Assembly (NCBI GenBank): GCA_028826165.1
Contig: JAPDFW010000055.1
Span: 567,857 to 631,856, forward strand
DNA length: 64,000 bases
Reading direction: 5' to 3'
Origin: Anaeramoeba ignava BMAN
Lineage: Eukaryota > Protista > Anaeramoebae
Shown here: positions 1 to 13,195 of the stretch, piece by piece
Position numbering within the stretch: position 1 is the stretch's first letter
Layout: every line of letters begins with the position of its first letter
Made by a program: the position numbers and the translations under genes
Notes under the pieces: generated by a model
Database searches by the model: none
Seen by the model: only the letters and a program-made list of their open reading frames with translations
Told to the model about the DNA's origin: nothing

Positions 1-46
1 ATTGAAATTGAAATTGAAATTGAAATTGAAATTTGTTCAGCTTCAT

Positions 47-615
47 TTAATCATCTAAATTTATACTCTTTCCAAATTTTGCATATAACAATTTCTTTAA
101 AACATCCATTCTTTCTTCAATTTTATTAAGTTCTTCACTTAAAGTATCTTTATTTTTAGTAATTTTTTGAATTTTAGTTTCTATTAATTCTTCAGCCATT
201 TGTTTATCAAGACTAAGAAATGAATCACTAACTAAAACTCTATTAAAAAAAAATCAAAAAAATTTTAAATAAAAAAATTTAAATAAAAATTTTAATAAAA
301 AATTTAAATAAAAAATTTTAAATAAAAATTTAAATAAAAAATTTTAAATTATAATTACAAAACTGGTTGATCTTCATCAAATAATATCATTTCTGTTTGG
401 CAATCATCAAGATTTTGTAATTCATTCTGAATATTTTTTTTATTTAAAAATTAATATTTTTTTTAATTTAAAAAAAAAAAATATAATAAACAAACTGTAT
501 AATTTGTAATTTCAGTTTTAAGTTCATGAAAACGTAAATTTAATTTTCCAAATTCATTAATAGATTCTTGGTCTTCAAAAGTAACATCAACTTCTTTATC
601 AAAAGCAGTTTTCAT
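47..615 (-). CDS. PFDN4: Prefoldin subunit 4, 3 exons (not in ORF track)
   Basis: Manual splicing at two GT-AG introns gives MKTAFDKEVDVTFEDQESINEFGKLNLRF...NELQNLDDCQTEMILFDEDQ...LKKLLYAKFGKSINLDD*. This matches the prefoldin-4 motifs V(T)xEDQxxINxF and LYAKFGxxINL. Confidence 0.9.
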
Positions 616-683
616 TTTGTTTTTTGTTTTTGAATAAAAAATGGAAAAAAAAAAATGAAAAAATTAAAAAATTAAAATTTTTT

Positions 684-695
684 TTTTCATTTTTT
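684..695 (+). promoter_or_regulatory. Initiator-like TTTCATTTT about 20 nt upstream of ATG 709
   Basis: The same motif precedes most start codons in the window on the sense strand. Confidence 0.45.
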
Positions 696-708
696 TTTTT
701 TAAAAGAA

Positions 709-2160
709 ATGGAAACTTATTTAAATTATGAAAAACTTTCAAATGATTTAAAAACTTTAATTGAGAATCAAAATGAAAATTATTATGATTTTGAAATAAT
801 TTGTGATTTTAATTCAAATGAAAATTCAATTCAAAATTCAAATCAAAATTCAAATGAAAATTCATTTAAAACTCATAAATCAATTCTTTCTTCAAGAAGT
901 CATTATTTTAAATCTCTTTTTCGTTCAAAAATGAAAGAATTCCAACAAAATAAAATCATTTTAAAAGATGTTTCAAGTCAAATTCTATCTTCAATTTTAA
1001 ATTATTTTTATTCAGGAAAAATTGAAGTTAATTTAGAAAATGTTATTGAAATTTTAATTTTTTCATCAAAATATTTAATTGATGAATTAATTGAATTTTG
1101 TTTAAACTTTATCAAAAAAAATTGCCAATTAGAAATTGTTGTTGATCTTCTTAAATTATCTGATTCAAGAAATCTCAAGGAATTATTGGATTTTTGTTAT
1201 CAATTTATTTTGGAAAGATTTGATGAATTTTTAAATTCTCCTTTTTTTATTCAACTTGAAGAAAATCATCTAATTTCAATTTTATCAAATGATGAAATTT
1301 CAACAAATGAATTTGAAATTTTCCATAAAATAACCAAATGGGGAAAGAATAGACTAAATATTAATCAAGAAAAAAGAATCATTGATAATCAAGAAAAAGA
1401 ACAATTCAAAAACCTAATTTCAAATGTTATTGATAAAATCAGATTTATTGATTTTTCAAAAGAAGAACTTGATCATGTTTTGAAAGAAGATTTAATTCCA
1501 AATCAAATTTCAGAAAAATTAACTGAATTCCAAAAACTTGAACAAAATGATGAAAAAGAATTGGAAGAATTTATTGAAAACCAAAATTCATTCATTTTTA
1601 AACAAAGATTCCGATTTCGATCATCAATAATTCAAGAAAAACAACAAGTAAATCAATTAAAAGAATGGATAAATGATGATAAAAATTTTGCTCGAATGAA
1701 AAAAGGATTTTCAGCAAAACAAGATGGATTTTCAGGTGAAGATTTCCATAATAAATGTGATAACAAAGGAAGAACATTAATTATTATCAAGACATCCAAT
1801 GATTCTATTTTTGGAGCATATACAAAAGTTGGATTTATTTCAGGAAATGAAAGATTTATTGAAGATCCAAATGCTTTCATCTTCTCATTCAAAAATCCCA
1901 ATAATGATCCTCCTCAAAAATTCTCAATCAAAGAAGGAGAAGAAGCATTTGCTCTTTATCATCGTCCTGGTTTTGGTCCCTATTTTGGAAAGGGTTATGA
2001 TATCTGTTTCAATTATAATCTTCAACCTAAAATGTTTAATTTTGGTTTAAGTTATAATCTTCCAAATGGTATTTCTTATGCAAGTGATGAAGCAAGAAGT
2101 TTTATTGCTGGTTTTTTTGGAACTTGGAGAGTTGAAGAATTTGAATGCCATTTCATTTAA
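709..2160 (+). CDS. BTB/POZ-BACK-TLDc domain protein, intronless
   Basis: BTB signature HKSILSSRSHYFKSLF...ILNYFYSG; BACK-like IFHKITKWG...IRF; TLDc signature DGFSGEDFHNKCDNKGRTLIIIKT...FGAYT...AFIFS...GPYFG. Confidence 0.9.
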   Translation: METYLNYEKLSNDLKTLIENQNENYYDFEIICDFNSNENSIQNSNQNSNENSFKTHKSILSSRSHYFKSLFRSKMKEFQQNKIILKDVSSQILSSILNYFYSGKIEVNLENVIEILIFSSKYLIDELIEFCLNFIKKNCQLEIVVDLLKLSDSRNLKELLDFCYQFILERFDEFLNSPFFIQLEENHLISILSNDEISTNEFEIFHKITKWGKNRLNINQEKRIIDNQEKEQFKNLISNVIDKIRFIDFSKEELDHVLKEDLIPNQISEKLTEFQKLEQNDEKELEEFIENQNSFIFKQRFRFRSSIIQEKQQVNQLKEWINDDKNFARMKKGFSAKQDGFSGEDFHNKCDNKGRTLIIIKTSNDSIFGAYTKVGFISGNERFIEDPNAFIFSFKNPNNDPPQKFSIKEGEEAFALYHRPGFGPYFGKGYDICFNYNLQPKMFNFGLSYNLPNGISYASDEARSFIAGFFGTWRVEEFECHFI

Positions 2161-2214
2161 AATATTTTCATTCATTTTTTTTTTAATCATTAAAAGAAAT
2201 TCTCAAAAACAATT

Positions 2215-2520
2215 TTGATTTTTATTTTGATTTTGATTTTGAATTTGATTTTGATTTTGAATTTTAATTTTAATTTTATTTTGATTTTAATTTTAATTTT
2301 AATTTTAATTTTAATTTTAATTTTAATTTTAATTTTTAATTTTAATTTTAATTTTAATTTTAATTATAATTTTGATTTTGATTTTAATTTTAATTTTAAT
2401 TTTGATTTTAATTTTTATTTTAATTTTAATTTTATTTTTGATTTTGATTTTGATTTTAATTTTGATTTTAATTTTAATTTTAATTTTAATTTAATTTTCA
2501 TTTTGATTTTAATTTTGATT
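2215..2520. repeat. (TTTTAA/TTTTGA)n hexamer tract between convergent genes
   Basis: Visible tandem hexamers. Confidence 0.9.
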
Positions 2521-5500
2521 TTAATTTTGATTTCGATTTTGATTATTAAATTTGTTAATTAATAAATCAAATAAATTTGGATTTGTTTGATTTAATTGAA
2601 AATAATCAATTCCAATTTTAATTTCATCAATAATTTCTTGTGTAATTTCAATTTCATCTTTGATTTGATTTGAATAAATCCAATATTCTAATATTTGAAA
2701 TGATTTATCACTTAACTTATCCAAAAAATCTGTAACTTTATTAGATTTATCTTCAGCTACAGATGAAAATTTTCCTCGATATAATTCACTTCTCATTATT
2801 AATATTAATTTAGGAAATTTATATTGTTTTTCTTTTCTTTCAATTATAAAATCTTTTTCATCTTCATTGAAATAAATTCTTTTCATTGTTTCTTCAATTT
2901 TTTCATTTAAATTTATAATTTCTTTTTGATTTTCCAATAATTCTATAATTGTATTTTCTAATGGATGGAATAAATTGAAAATCATTTCAAATTGTTTATA
3001 TAATTTTGGATTTATTCTTAGACTGTTTGAATAAATGATTTCAATGATTTGATTTGATTCTTTAAGTGATTTTTGTGAAATAATTTCTTCAAGTTTTTCA
3101 ATTTGATCTTTTGATCCAATTCTACAATTTAATATCAATTTATGAGCTGAGATTATTTCTCCATTTTTTGGTTTTAAATGAAATATCACAAAATTCTTTT
3201 CTTCGGAATAATTTAAGCAAATCTTCTTGAAGATTAGAAAAAGGAGGAGGAGAATAATAAATAAAAGATTTTTGATATCCACAAAAAACATGATAATTGA
3301 AAATATCTTCATTAAAAAATAATTTAGGAAGTTCAATTTGAATTGGAATTAATTGACTTTTTGTATTTCCTGTTATTATTTGACCAAAATCATTATCTCC
3401 AAATACTATTAATTTTGCTTTCCTTGTTAAAATCAAAGTATGATCATCACCAACAGAAAAATCAAGAATATCATCATCATTTTCAAATAAACATGATTTG
3501 ATTTCAGTAAATTCATAAGTATCCTCTTCTTTGCCAAGTCCATTATATTCACAATCCCCACATGAATAAAGTTTTGTTTTTTGTTCTTCATCTTCAATCA
3601 ACATTATTGAATGAGAATGCCCAATTTGAATATCAATTATTTTGCCTTTTGGAATATTTTTGATTTGGGTTAATTTATTAATTTTTGATTTCATTTTTTT
3701 TGATTCTCCTAATCCAAGTTGACCATATTGATTATCACCACATCCAAATAATTCTTGATTTGAATTTAAAAGAAAAACATGATTTGAAGAATTTCCTGAA
3801 AATATTTTAGAAACATTTTTCATCATTAAAATTGGTTTTTCTGTTTTATCAGATAGATCGGAATTAAGACCAAGTTGAGAATAAAAATTATCACCAATTC
3901 CATAAGCATTTTGATTTGAAGTTAATAAATAAATTGAATTATTTCCAGAAACAATATCTTGGATTATTCTATCATTTGTATCTTCAATTAATAATGAAAT
4001 ATTGATAAATTCTTTTGTATTTTTTGAATTAATATTTATTCCTTTTGCAAATACATTTCTTTCTAATGTTAAAATAACTTCATTTTGCCAACCAGCAGAT
4101 ACTTTTTGAATATTTTCTTCAATTTGGATTTTTTGAGGATTTTGTTCTGAATTTTTTAAATATTCTATTGCTTTTCCATTTTCAAAAAGGAAAATTGTTG
4201 AAAAATAACCTGATGAAATTTGTAGAAGTAATTTTTCATTTTCATTTTCAAATTTTAATTGAATTGGTTTTGTTATTTTTTCTGGTTCATTTTTGAAAAA
4301 GGTTAATGATTCATTTGAACCAAAAAATAAACAATCATTTTTTTGATCAAGATTTTCTTCTTGTTTTTCTATTCAACAAAAATTTTGTTTTTAGAATTAA
4401 TTTTTTAAATGATTTCTTTTGATTTGTTTTTCTCTAAACTAAATTTACTCTTATTTTTATTTGATACTTTATCTTTTTCCATTTTTCCATCAAAATTTAA
4501 TCCAAAAAAATATTTTTTATCAATTTTAGTTTTTAATTTAATTTTTTTTTAAAAAATATTTTTCTATTTACATGATTTTTTTGATTTCAGAAATTTTAAA
4601 ACATCTGTTCCAATTTTTTGAATTTGTTCATTTTTGGGATGATTCGTTTTTGCTGTTTCAATCAAACTAAGACCATTTGCTTCTGAAATTGTTTGACAAA
4701 ATGCTTTTATTTTATTTCAAATTATTTTAAATTATTTCAAATTATTTCAAATTATTTTTAATAAAAATACAATGATCTAAAGAAGAAAGCATTCCAAGAA
4801 TTTGAATTGATTTTGATTGAATAATTTCATTATTCGGAAAACTTCTCATTGATTTTAGAATTGTCGGAATTCCTTTTAATCCAAGAATTTTTTGGTTTTC
4901 TTTTTTTTGGAAATTTTTTATCAATTTTTTATATCATTTTGTTTTTGAAAAATTGTTTTTTGAATTTTACTGATATTATTCTCACAAAGATTAAATAAAG
5001 TCCAACATCCATTTCTATTAATATGTTCATCTTCAACTGTATGATATGTTTGTATTGAAGATAATACTACTTCAATTCCTCCCAATTCTCTAATTTTAAT
5101 TTGAATTTCTTTTTTTTTTCCAATTTTAATTTTAATTTTAATTTGAATTTCTTTCTTTCTTTATCTTATTTACTTTTATTAGCAATTCCAATATTTCCTA
5201 AAAATCCACATCCATTTTCTTGAATATCTTTTATTCCCTTAAAATTTTTCATTGCTATGATTACTGATTCAATTCCTCCCAATTCCATAATTTGAATTTT
5301 ATTTTCTTGATTTTTTTTATTTAAATTTTGATTTTAATTTTAATTTTGATTTTAATTTTAATTTTAATTTTGATTTTAATTTTAATTTTGATTTTAATTT
5401 TGATTTTTAATTTTGAATTTTGATTTTAATTTTAATTTTGATTTTGATTTTGATTTTAATTTTAATTTTGATTTTGATTTTTAATTTTGATTTTTAATTT

Positions 5501-6828
5501 TGATTTTGAATTTTGAATTTGATTTTGATTTAAATTTTGATTTTAATTTTGATTTTGATTTTGATTTTGATTTTGAATTTTGAATTTGAATTTGATTTTG
5601 ATTTAAATTTTAATTTTGATTTTGATTTTGATTTTAATTTTGATTTTAATTTTGATTTTGATTTTAATTTTTAATTTTGATTTGATTTTGATTTTAATTT
5701 TGATTTTGATTTTAATTTTGATTTTGATTTTAATTTTGATTTTGATTTTAATTTTGATTTTAATTTTTATTTTGATTTTGATTTTAATTTTGATTTTGAT
5801 TTTAATTTTGATTTTGATTTTAATTTTGATTTTGATTTTAATTTTAATTTTAATTTTAATTTTGATTTTTGATAATTTTAATTTTAATTTTGATTTTAAT
5901 TTTGATTTTTGATTTTGATTTTGATTTTTGATTTTAATTTTGATTTTGATTTTAATTTGATTTTGATTTTGATTTTGATTTTGATTTAATTTTGATTTTG
6001 AATTTGATTTTGATTTTAAATTTTGATTTTAATTTTGATTTTAATTTTGATTTTGATTTTGATTTTGATTTTGATTTTGAATTAAGTACTGTCTTCATAA
6101 GCTGAAAGATTTAATAAAACCCAACATCCTTTATCTTGAATAATTTCATCTGTATCAAAAATTTTCATTGTTTGAATAATAATTTGAATTCCTTGTAATT
6201 CTCTAATTCTTGTTTTATTTTCTTTTGAATAATAAAGAAATATATTAAATATTTATTCATTTAAAAATTGTGTTATTATTTTAATATTATTTTTTTGGAT
6301 CATCAACTCCAAAAAAAAAATTAATTTCCTTATTTACTTGAACTAAGAGAAATATTTGTAAATAATTCCATTGCTTTTCTAAGAAATGATTGATTTTGTT
6401 TAAAATTTTTCATTGATTGAAAAAGAATTGGAAGTCCTCCTAAAATACCAATTTCTTCTCCTTTTTCTTCTCTAAATTTGAAATTATCTCCTTTTGATTT
6501 TAATAAAAAATTTTTATTTTGATTTATTTAATTTATTTTTCCAAATAAAATTATCTTCATTTTTTACTTGGATATGATCCTGTAAGTTTAAATAAAGCTT
6601 GACATCCAAATTCTTGAATTTTTTCATTGTTTGGATATAATTTTAAATATTTTATAACATCTTTAATTGTAATAACTTTTTTATAATTTGAATTTTTCAA
6701 TAAAAAGTAAAATAAGAATTTGAATAAGAATTTCAATTTGAATTAAGTTTATTGCTTTTTTTTTTACTTTCTTTTCCTTTATTATAACGTTCTAATTTTT
6801 TTATTACTTGTTTTTCTGTTAATTCCAT
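2521..6828 (-). CDS. ARM-repeat + RCC1-repeat + BTB fusion protein, 10 exons; one probable homopolymer frameshift near 3165
   Basis: Exons 6828-6768, 6675-6568, 6490-6338, 6221-6090, 5305-5174, 5108-4971, 4899-4771, 4703-4572, 4472-4449 and 4368-2521, all with GT-AG boundaries, splice in frame. ARM-like repeats (ELGGIExVIxxMKxF...IQExGCxxL), RCC1 repeats (GCGDNQYGQLGLG, GDNDFGQ) and BTB-like segments (FCDISF...AHKLIL; FPKLILIMRSELYRG). Confidence 0.8.
5310..6085. repeat. Intronic hexamer tract, (AAAATY)n on the sense strand
   Basis: Visible tandem hexamers inside intron 5306-6089. Confidence 0.9.
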
Positions 6829-6879
6829 TTTAAAAAAAAAAATAAAAAAAATTGAAAAAAATTGAAAAAAATTGAAAAA

Positions 6880-7735
6880 AATGATTTTTGATTTTGAATT
6901 AAATTTTATTTTTGATTTTGATTTGAATTTTGATTTTAATTTTGATTTTGATTTTGATTTTGATTTTGATTTTAATTTTGATTTTAATTTTAATTTTGAT
7001 TTTGATTTTAAATTTTGATTTTGATTTTAATTTTAATTTTGATTTTGATTTTAATTTTATTTTTGATTTTAATTTTAATTTTAATTTTGAATTTTGAATT
7101 TGATTTTGATTTTGATTTTGATTTTGATTTTGAATTAAATTTTATTTTTGATTTTAATTTTATTTTTGATTTTGAATTTGAATTAAATTTTAATTTTGAA
7201 TTTGATTTTGAATTTGAATTAAATTTTGATTTTGAATTTAAATTTTATTTTTGATTTTAATTTTAATTTTAATTTTGATTTTGATTTTGATTTTAAATTT
7301 TGATTTTGATTTTAATTTTGATTTTAATTTTGATTTTGATTTTGATTTTAATTTTAATTTTGATTTTGATTTTGATTTTGATTTTGATTTTGAATTTGAT
7401 TTTTGATTTTTGATTTTGATTTGAGTTTTATTTTTGATTTTGAATTTGAATTAAATTTTAATTTTGATTTTGATTTTGAATTTGATTTTGATTTTGATTT
7501 TAATTTAAATTTTATTTTTGATTATAATATTAATTTTGATTTTGATTTTGAATTTGATTTTGAATTTGATTTTAATTTTGATTTTGATTTTGATTTTGAT
7601 TTTAATTTTAATTTTGATTTTGATTTTGATTTTGATTTTGATTTTGATTTTGATTTTGATTTTGATTTTGATTTTAATTTTAATTTTAATTTTAATTTGA
7701 ATTTTAAATTGAATTTCATTTTGATTTTAAATTGA
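6880..7735. repeat. Intergenic (TTTTGA/TTTTAA/TTTGAA)n tract
   Basis: Visible tandem hexamers. Confidence 0.9.
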
Positions 7736-7738
7736 ATT

Positions 7739-10700
7739 TTAAATCTGAAAAAAATGCTTCAATTCTTTCAATTCAGAATTCACAAAACAATATAAAAGAT
7801 TTGTTTTGTAACCAAAAATTGTTTGAGAAGGATCATCCATAAAAAAATCAGTTACTTTTTGAAGTTGATCTTCTAAAATGGTTAATGATTTAAAAACCAG
7901 TTGAATTTGTTCCAAAAAAGTTTTTTCAAGATTTAAAGATTTCAAGAAAAAAATAATTTTGCGAATCCATTTGGAAATTGAATCTAAAAAAATAGGGTTT
8001 TTGGAAGAAAAATAAGCTGAAAAATTATCAATTAAAAGTGAAATATCTTGCAAATTAAGACCATTTTGGCAAATAATAGATTTTGGATTTGTATTTGAAC
8101 ATAAAAATAAAATTGAATCAAATTTTGATTGTTTTAGCATTTGATGAAGAATTATTTTAGAATCAGATTTCAAAAATAATTGTAAATGAATTTTATCATT
8201 CTGAGAATTTTGCGAATTGGAAATCGTTTTTTGTGCTTTCATTAATGATTGTTTTTGTTTCAATAAAAGTTGGAAATCTGTTTCGAATTTTTGACAACTA
8301 AGTTTAAGATAAGAAATTAAATGGCCTTTTTTTTCGTTAATTTTTTTGGAATTGAATTTTTTTGCGTTAAGTTTTTTTAAAAAATTTTCAATCAATTGAG
8401 ATAAATTATCACTAATTTTTTTCAATATTTCTTCTACATTTTTTTGAAGAGATTCATCTACATTTTTCGAACTTGAATCAACTAATCCTTTTTGTAATGC
8501 AATTAAATTCTGAGCGAAAAAAATGTTCACTTCATTTTGAAAAGTTTGTAATTGTGAAATTGTTTCTGAATTTTGTGCTTGGAATTGGGAATTATTTTGA
8601 TCTTTCTTTTCAAGATTAAAATTTTTCTCTAATGATTCATAAAAAGATTTTTGAATAACCTCTTTTGATTGAGATAATGGAAAATTTCGATAAAAATTAT
8701 TCATTTGCTCTTGAAATTTTGATATGTTATCTAATAAATTTTTCTGAAAATTTTGAGAATATTTTTGGATAAAATCTGTTCTTCTTTTGATTATTTGCTG
8801 AAAAGTTTTTTCAATCTTTTGTGATTTTTCTTTGAATTCTTCTAATATATTGGTATTTTCGATTTGGATTTTTTGTGGAAGTGAATCAATATTTTGCATT
8901 TCATTTTGAATAAGATTTTGAATTTCTTTTTCTTTTTCATTTTGATTTTGAATTTGAATTTGATTTGGATTTTGAATTTGATTTTCTTTTTCTTTTTCTT
9001 TTTCTTTTTGATTTTGATTTTGATTTTGAATTTGATTTTGATTTTGATTTTGATTTTGATTTAGATTTTGATTTTGATTTTGATTTTGATTTTGATTTTG
9101 ATTTTGATTTTGATTTTGAATTTGATTTTGAATTTGATTTTGATTTTGATTTTGATTTTGATTTTGATTTTGATTTTGAATTTGAATTTGATTTTGAATT
9201 TGATTTTGATTTTGATTTTCTTTTTCTTTTTCTTTTTGATTTTGATTTTGAATTTGAATTTGATTTTTGATTTTTGGTTTTGAATTTGATTTTTATTTTG
9301 TCGATTTAATTGTTGTTTATCTAATGGTAATTTTATGGGAGAAATACTTTTTTTATTTGATTTCTCATAAATTGGTAATCTATGGATAAATATGGATCCA
9401 GGAAGCATTGCAAATAAATCAAGTAAATTTGTTTCAGGACTTATACTTACGATTCCATTAAAAAAATTTGATTGTAAATTAAATTGTTTCCAAAAATCAA
9501 ATATAATTTCTTGTGTATCATCCTTTTCAAAATGCAGGGAAATAACTTCTTTTGATATTTTGTTTGCAATAATCAAAAACTTTGATGTTGGATCAACCAA
9601 AATTGCATTAAGAAAAATTTTGGGATGATTTGAATCAGTGGGAAATTTAAATTGGATATTTAATCGAAATATAATATCAATAATTTTATCCTCCTCAATT
9701 TTATATAATTTGAAATAAGAATTTGTGTTATTTCCCAAAACAACAATTGGAAGATCATCTTGATGAGGAAACATTGTATTCCATAAAGGTGTAAAACTTT
9801 TAACAGGAAGATCAACAATATTGTTTTTATTCCCCATATTAGTAAAAACAGTAACTTTTGAAAGAGTTTTTTCATTTTGGTAATCCCAAATTGAGAATGA
9901 TCCGTTTTCTCCAGCAATTAATAAACGTTCCCCATCCTTTGTAAATGAAAGTCCTACAATGTTTTCTTTATATTCATTGCATATAAAAGTGCATGATTTG
10001 GGATGCATTGGATCTTTTGGATGAGGTTGATCATTACTTTTATTTTCTTGATACTTTTTCAAATCAAAAACATAGACTTTGTTTTGAATATCGAAAGTTG
10101 CAATTAAATCTTGATTTTTTGGATTCCAAGAAATCTGAGTGAAATAGTTATTATTTTCTTGTGGTTTTTGAGTATTTTGAATGTCTTTTCTTTCATTTGA
10201 GCAGGATATTTTTTGAATAAGTTCTTCAGAGAGTTTATTATCTTGAATGGATAATTTCAAAATATAAAGATTCGAATTTTTTGTTGTTATTGCAAGTAGA
10301 TTTTCTTCATAAGAAAAGAATTGAATATCTTCAATTTCTTCTTTTACTTGTCTACAAGTAAAATTTTTCTGAAGTCGCAAATGATGGAAACGCAAGATAT
10401 TTGGCTTAATAATATAACAAAAGTATTCCTTGTTGATATTAATAATGTTTGAATATTCTTGAGTTTGTTTAGTGGCACTAAACATTTTAAGTTGTTCAAC
10501 TAATTCATTAGAAGGATGAGTTTTGATATTGAGATTAAATGATTTAAAAATTTTTTTATTTTTTTTTTTAGATTGATTAAATTTATTTTGATTTTGAATT
10601 TGATTTTGATTTTCATTTTGATTTTTATTTTGATTTTGAATTTGATTTTGAATTTGATTTTGATTTTGAATTTGATTTTGATTTTCATTTTGATTTATAT

Positions 10701-11028
10701 TTTCATTTTGATTTATATTTTGAAATTGATTTTGTTTAAATTGATTTTGAATTTGATTTTGAATTTGATTTTGATTTTGATTTTGATTTTGATTTTGATT
10801 TTGATTTTGATTTTGATTTTGATTTATATTTTGAAATTGATTTTGTTGTTTAAATTGATTTTGTTGTTTAAATTGATTTTGATTTTGAAATTGATTTGGT
10901 TTTTGATTTTGTTTTTGAAATTGATTTGGTTTTTTGTAAAATGGTTTTTGTTGTGATTGAAATCTTCTTGTTGGAAAATATCTTTGACTTCTTTGTGTAA
11001 AAAAATATTTAGGAACTTCAGAAGACAT
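7739..11028 (-). CDS. EDC4: EDC4/Ge-1/VARICOSE-like mRNA decapping scaffold (WD40, NQ linker, helical C-terminus); probable single frameshift near 9270
   Basis: [17 protein letters not shown] and [15 protein letters not shown] resemble the EDC4 WD40 start; WD motif [14 protein letters not shown] 7739-8899 supplies the coiled-coil and helical C-terminus, joined through an NQ repeat. Confidence 0.65.
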
Positions 11029-11039
11029 TTTCTTTATAA

Positions 11040-11085
11040 AAAATGAAAAGAAAAAAATGAAAAAAAATGAAAAAAAAATGAAAAA
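11040..11085 (-). promoter_or_regulatory. Four tandem initiator-like TTTCATTT motifs upstream of EDC4
   Basis: aaatgaaaa occurs four times on the + strand, about 10-55 nt upstream of the ATG at 11028. Confidence 0.45.
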
Positions 11086-11121
11086 AAAAAAGGAAAAAAA
11101 AAATTTTTATTTAAATTTAAT

Positions 11122-12955
11122 TCACAATTTCTTTAAAAATTCTCCATATAAAAACATTATTTTAACTATAAATCCTTCAAGATGAATAATAGGTTTTGCA
11201 CCCAATTTACTTCTATGTTCATAAAAAGCAGCCCAAATTATAATTTGCTTTTTCATTTCTTCATTTTCAATTAAATTTAAAAATTCATAAACTAATTTTC
11301 GAAAAATAATATTAACTGGAATACAATGAGTTAGCAATTGAAAAATCTCTGATCGGGCAACTAAAGCTTGAGATAAAGTTTGCTGTTCCAAAGTAAGATG
11401 GGCCAAATATGATATTAAGACTTCCCAATCTTGTGATTGAATGATTTGAGTTTTTTGTAAATGGATATTGTGTTTCTTTACTGACTTGAAGATTAATTAA
11501 AGCTGTTCGAAGATTGGAATCTGATTTTTCCACAATTTGATCAGCAAAATAATTCGGCAATTTAAATCCTTCTTTTTTACAAACTCGATAAAGTGTAATT
11601 TTGATTTCAAAATCACTAGGGCTTGGGATTCTAATTCCAAGACATCGACTTTTTAATGGTTCAATAATTGCAGAAATATTAACACAAACTAAGAAAATTC
11701 TGCATGTTTTTGTATGTTTTTCCATTGTTCTTCTTAATGCATGTTGTGCTTCTCTTGTTAGTTGATCTGCTTCTGTTAAAATTAATACTTGAAATATTCT
11801 TTTATTTTTTTTCTTTGATTTTTGATTATATTTTTCCAAAGTTTTTTGAACTAATTTTTGATTTGAATTTTGATTTGTTTTTTGATTTAAATTTTGATTT
11901 GATTTTTGATTTGTTTTTTGATTTGAATTTTGATTTGAATTTTGATTTGAATTTTGATTTGAATTTTGATTTGATTTTTGATTATATTTTTGATTTGAAT
12001 TTTGATTTGAATTTTGATTTGAATTTTGATTTGAATTTTGATTATATTTTTCTAATGTTTGTTGAACTAATTTTTTAGGTTTTTCAGAATTTTGATTTAA
12101 ATTTTGATTTGAATTTTGATTTGAATTTTGATTTGATTTTTGATTTGAATTTTGATTTGAATTTTGATTTGAATTTTGATTTGAATTTTGATTTGATTTT
12201 TGATTTGAATTTTGATTTGAATTTTGATTTGAATTTTGATTATATTTTTCTAATGTTTGTTGAACTAATTTTTTAGGTTTTTCAGAAGAATTTTGATTTA
12301 AATTTTGATTTGATTTTTGATTTGAATTTTGATTTAAATTTTGATTTAAATTTTGATTTAAATTTTGATTTGAATTTTGATTTGATTTTTGATTTGAATT
12401 TTGATTTGAATTTTGATTTGAATTTTGATTTAGTTTTTGATTTGAATTTTGATTTGAATTTTTATTTGAATTTGAATCCTTTTCTTTATTTTTATTATTT
12501 TGTTGTGATAAAATAGGAGTTGAAGATGCTATTTCTTTAATAATTTCTTGAATCACTTTTCTATCATTTCCACCAGCATCACTTGGATTAATTTCAATAT
12601 GAAAAGGACTTGATAATAAAGTAAGTTGAATTTTTGAACCATTTTTAAAAGTAAATTCTCGTTGTTTTAATGTTAAATCCCAAATTTTTTCACCAAATAT
12701 TTGAGATAAAATACATAATATTCTAGTTTTTTTTCCTGCACCTGAAGGACCATAAAATAATAAATGAGGTAAATCATCTGATTCTGCCTTTAATTTTAAT
12801 TATAATTTTAATTTTAATTTTAATTTTGATTTACAATTTTAATTTTAATTTTAATTTTAATTTTGATTTACAATTTTAGAAAGATATGGATTTAAATTTT
12901 TATGAATATCAAGTTCATTAATTGTTTTAGGTCGATATTTATCAAGATAAAGCAT
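11122..12955 (-). CDS. RFC3: Replication factor C subunit 3 (yeast Rfc5-type); one intron (12788-12871), a >200 aa N/Q/S insert, probable homopolymer frameshift near 11450
   Basis: MLYLDKYRPK..., LPHLLFYGPSGAGKKTRI, HIEINPSDAG.NDRKVIQEIIKEIA, LTEADQLTREAQHALRRTMEK, IEPLKSRC, ELLTHCIP-like QLLTHCIP, AAFYEHR..LG.K.IIHLEGF. Confidence 0.93.
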
Positions 12956-13195
12956 TTATTGATTAATTTAATTTATTTATTTATTTATTGATTTATTAAT
13001 TTATTGATTTGAAAGGAAAAAAATGAAAATGAAAAAATTGTTTTCTTTTAATTTTTTATTTTAATTTTTGTTGTTTTTGTAAAAAAAATAATGAATAAGA
13101 AAAAGAAAAATAGAAAAGAAAAACTTTTGGAAAATGAAAAAAAGGAAAATATTGAATTTCTTGTTTTTGTTTTTTTTTTGTTCCACTTTTTTTTT

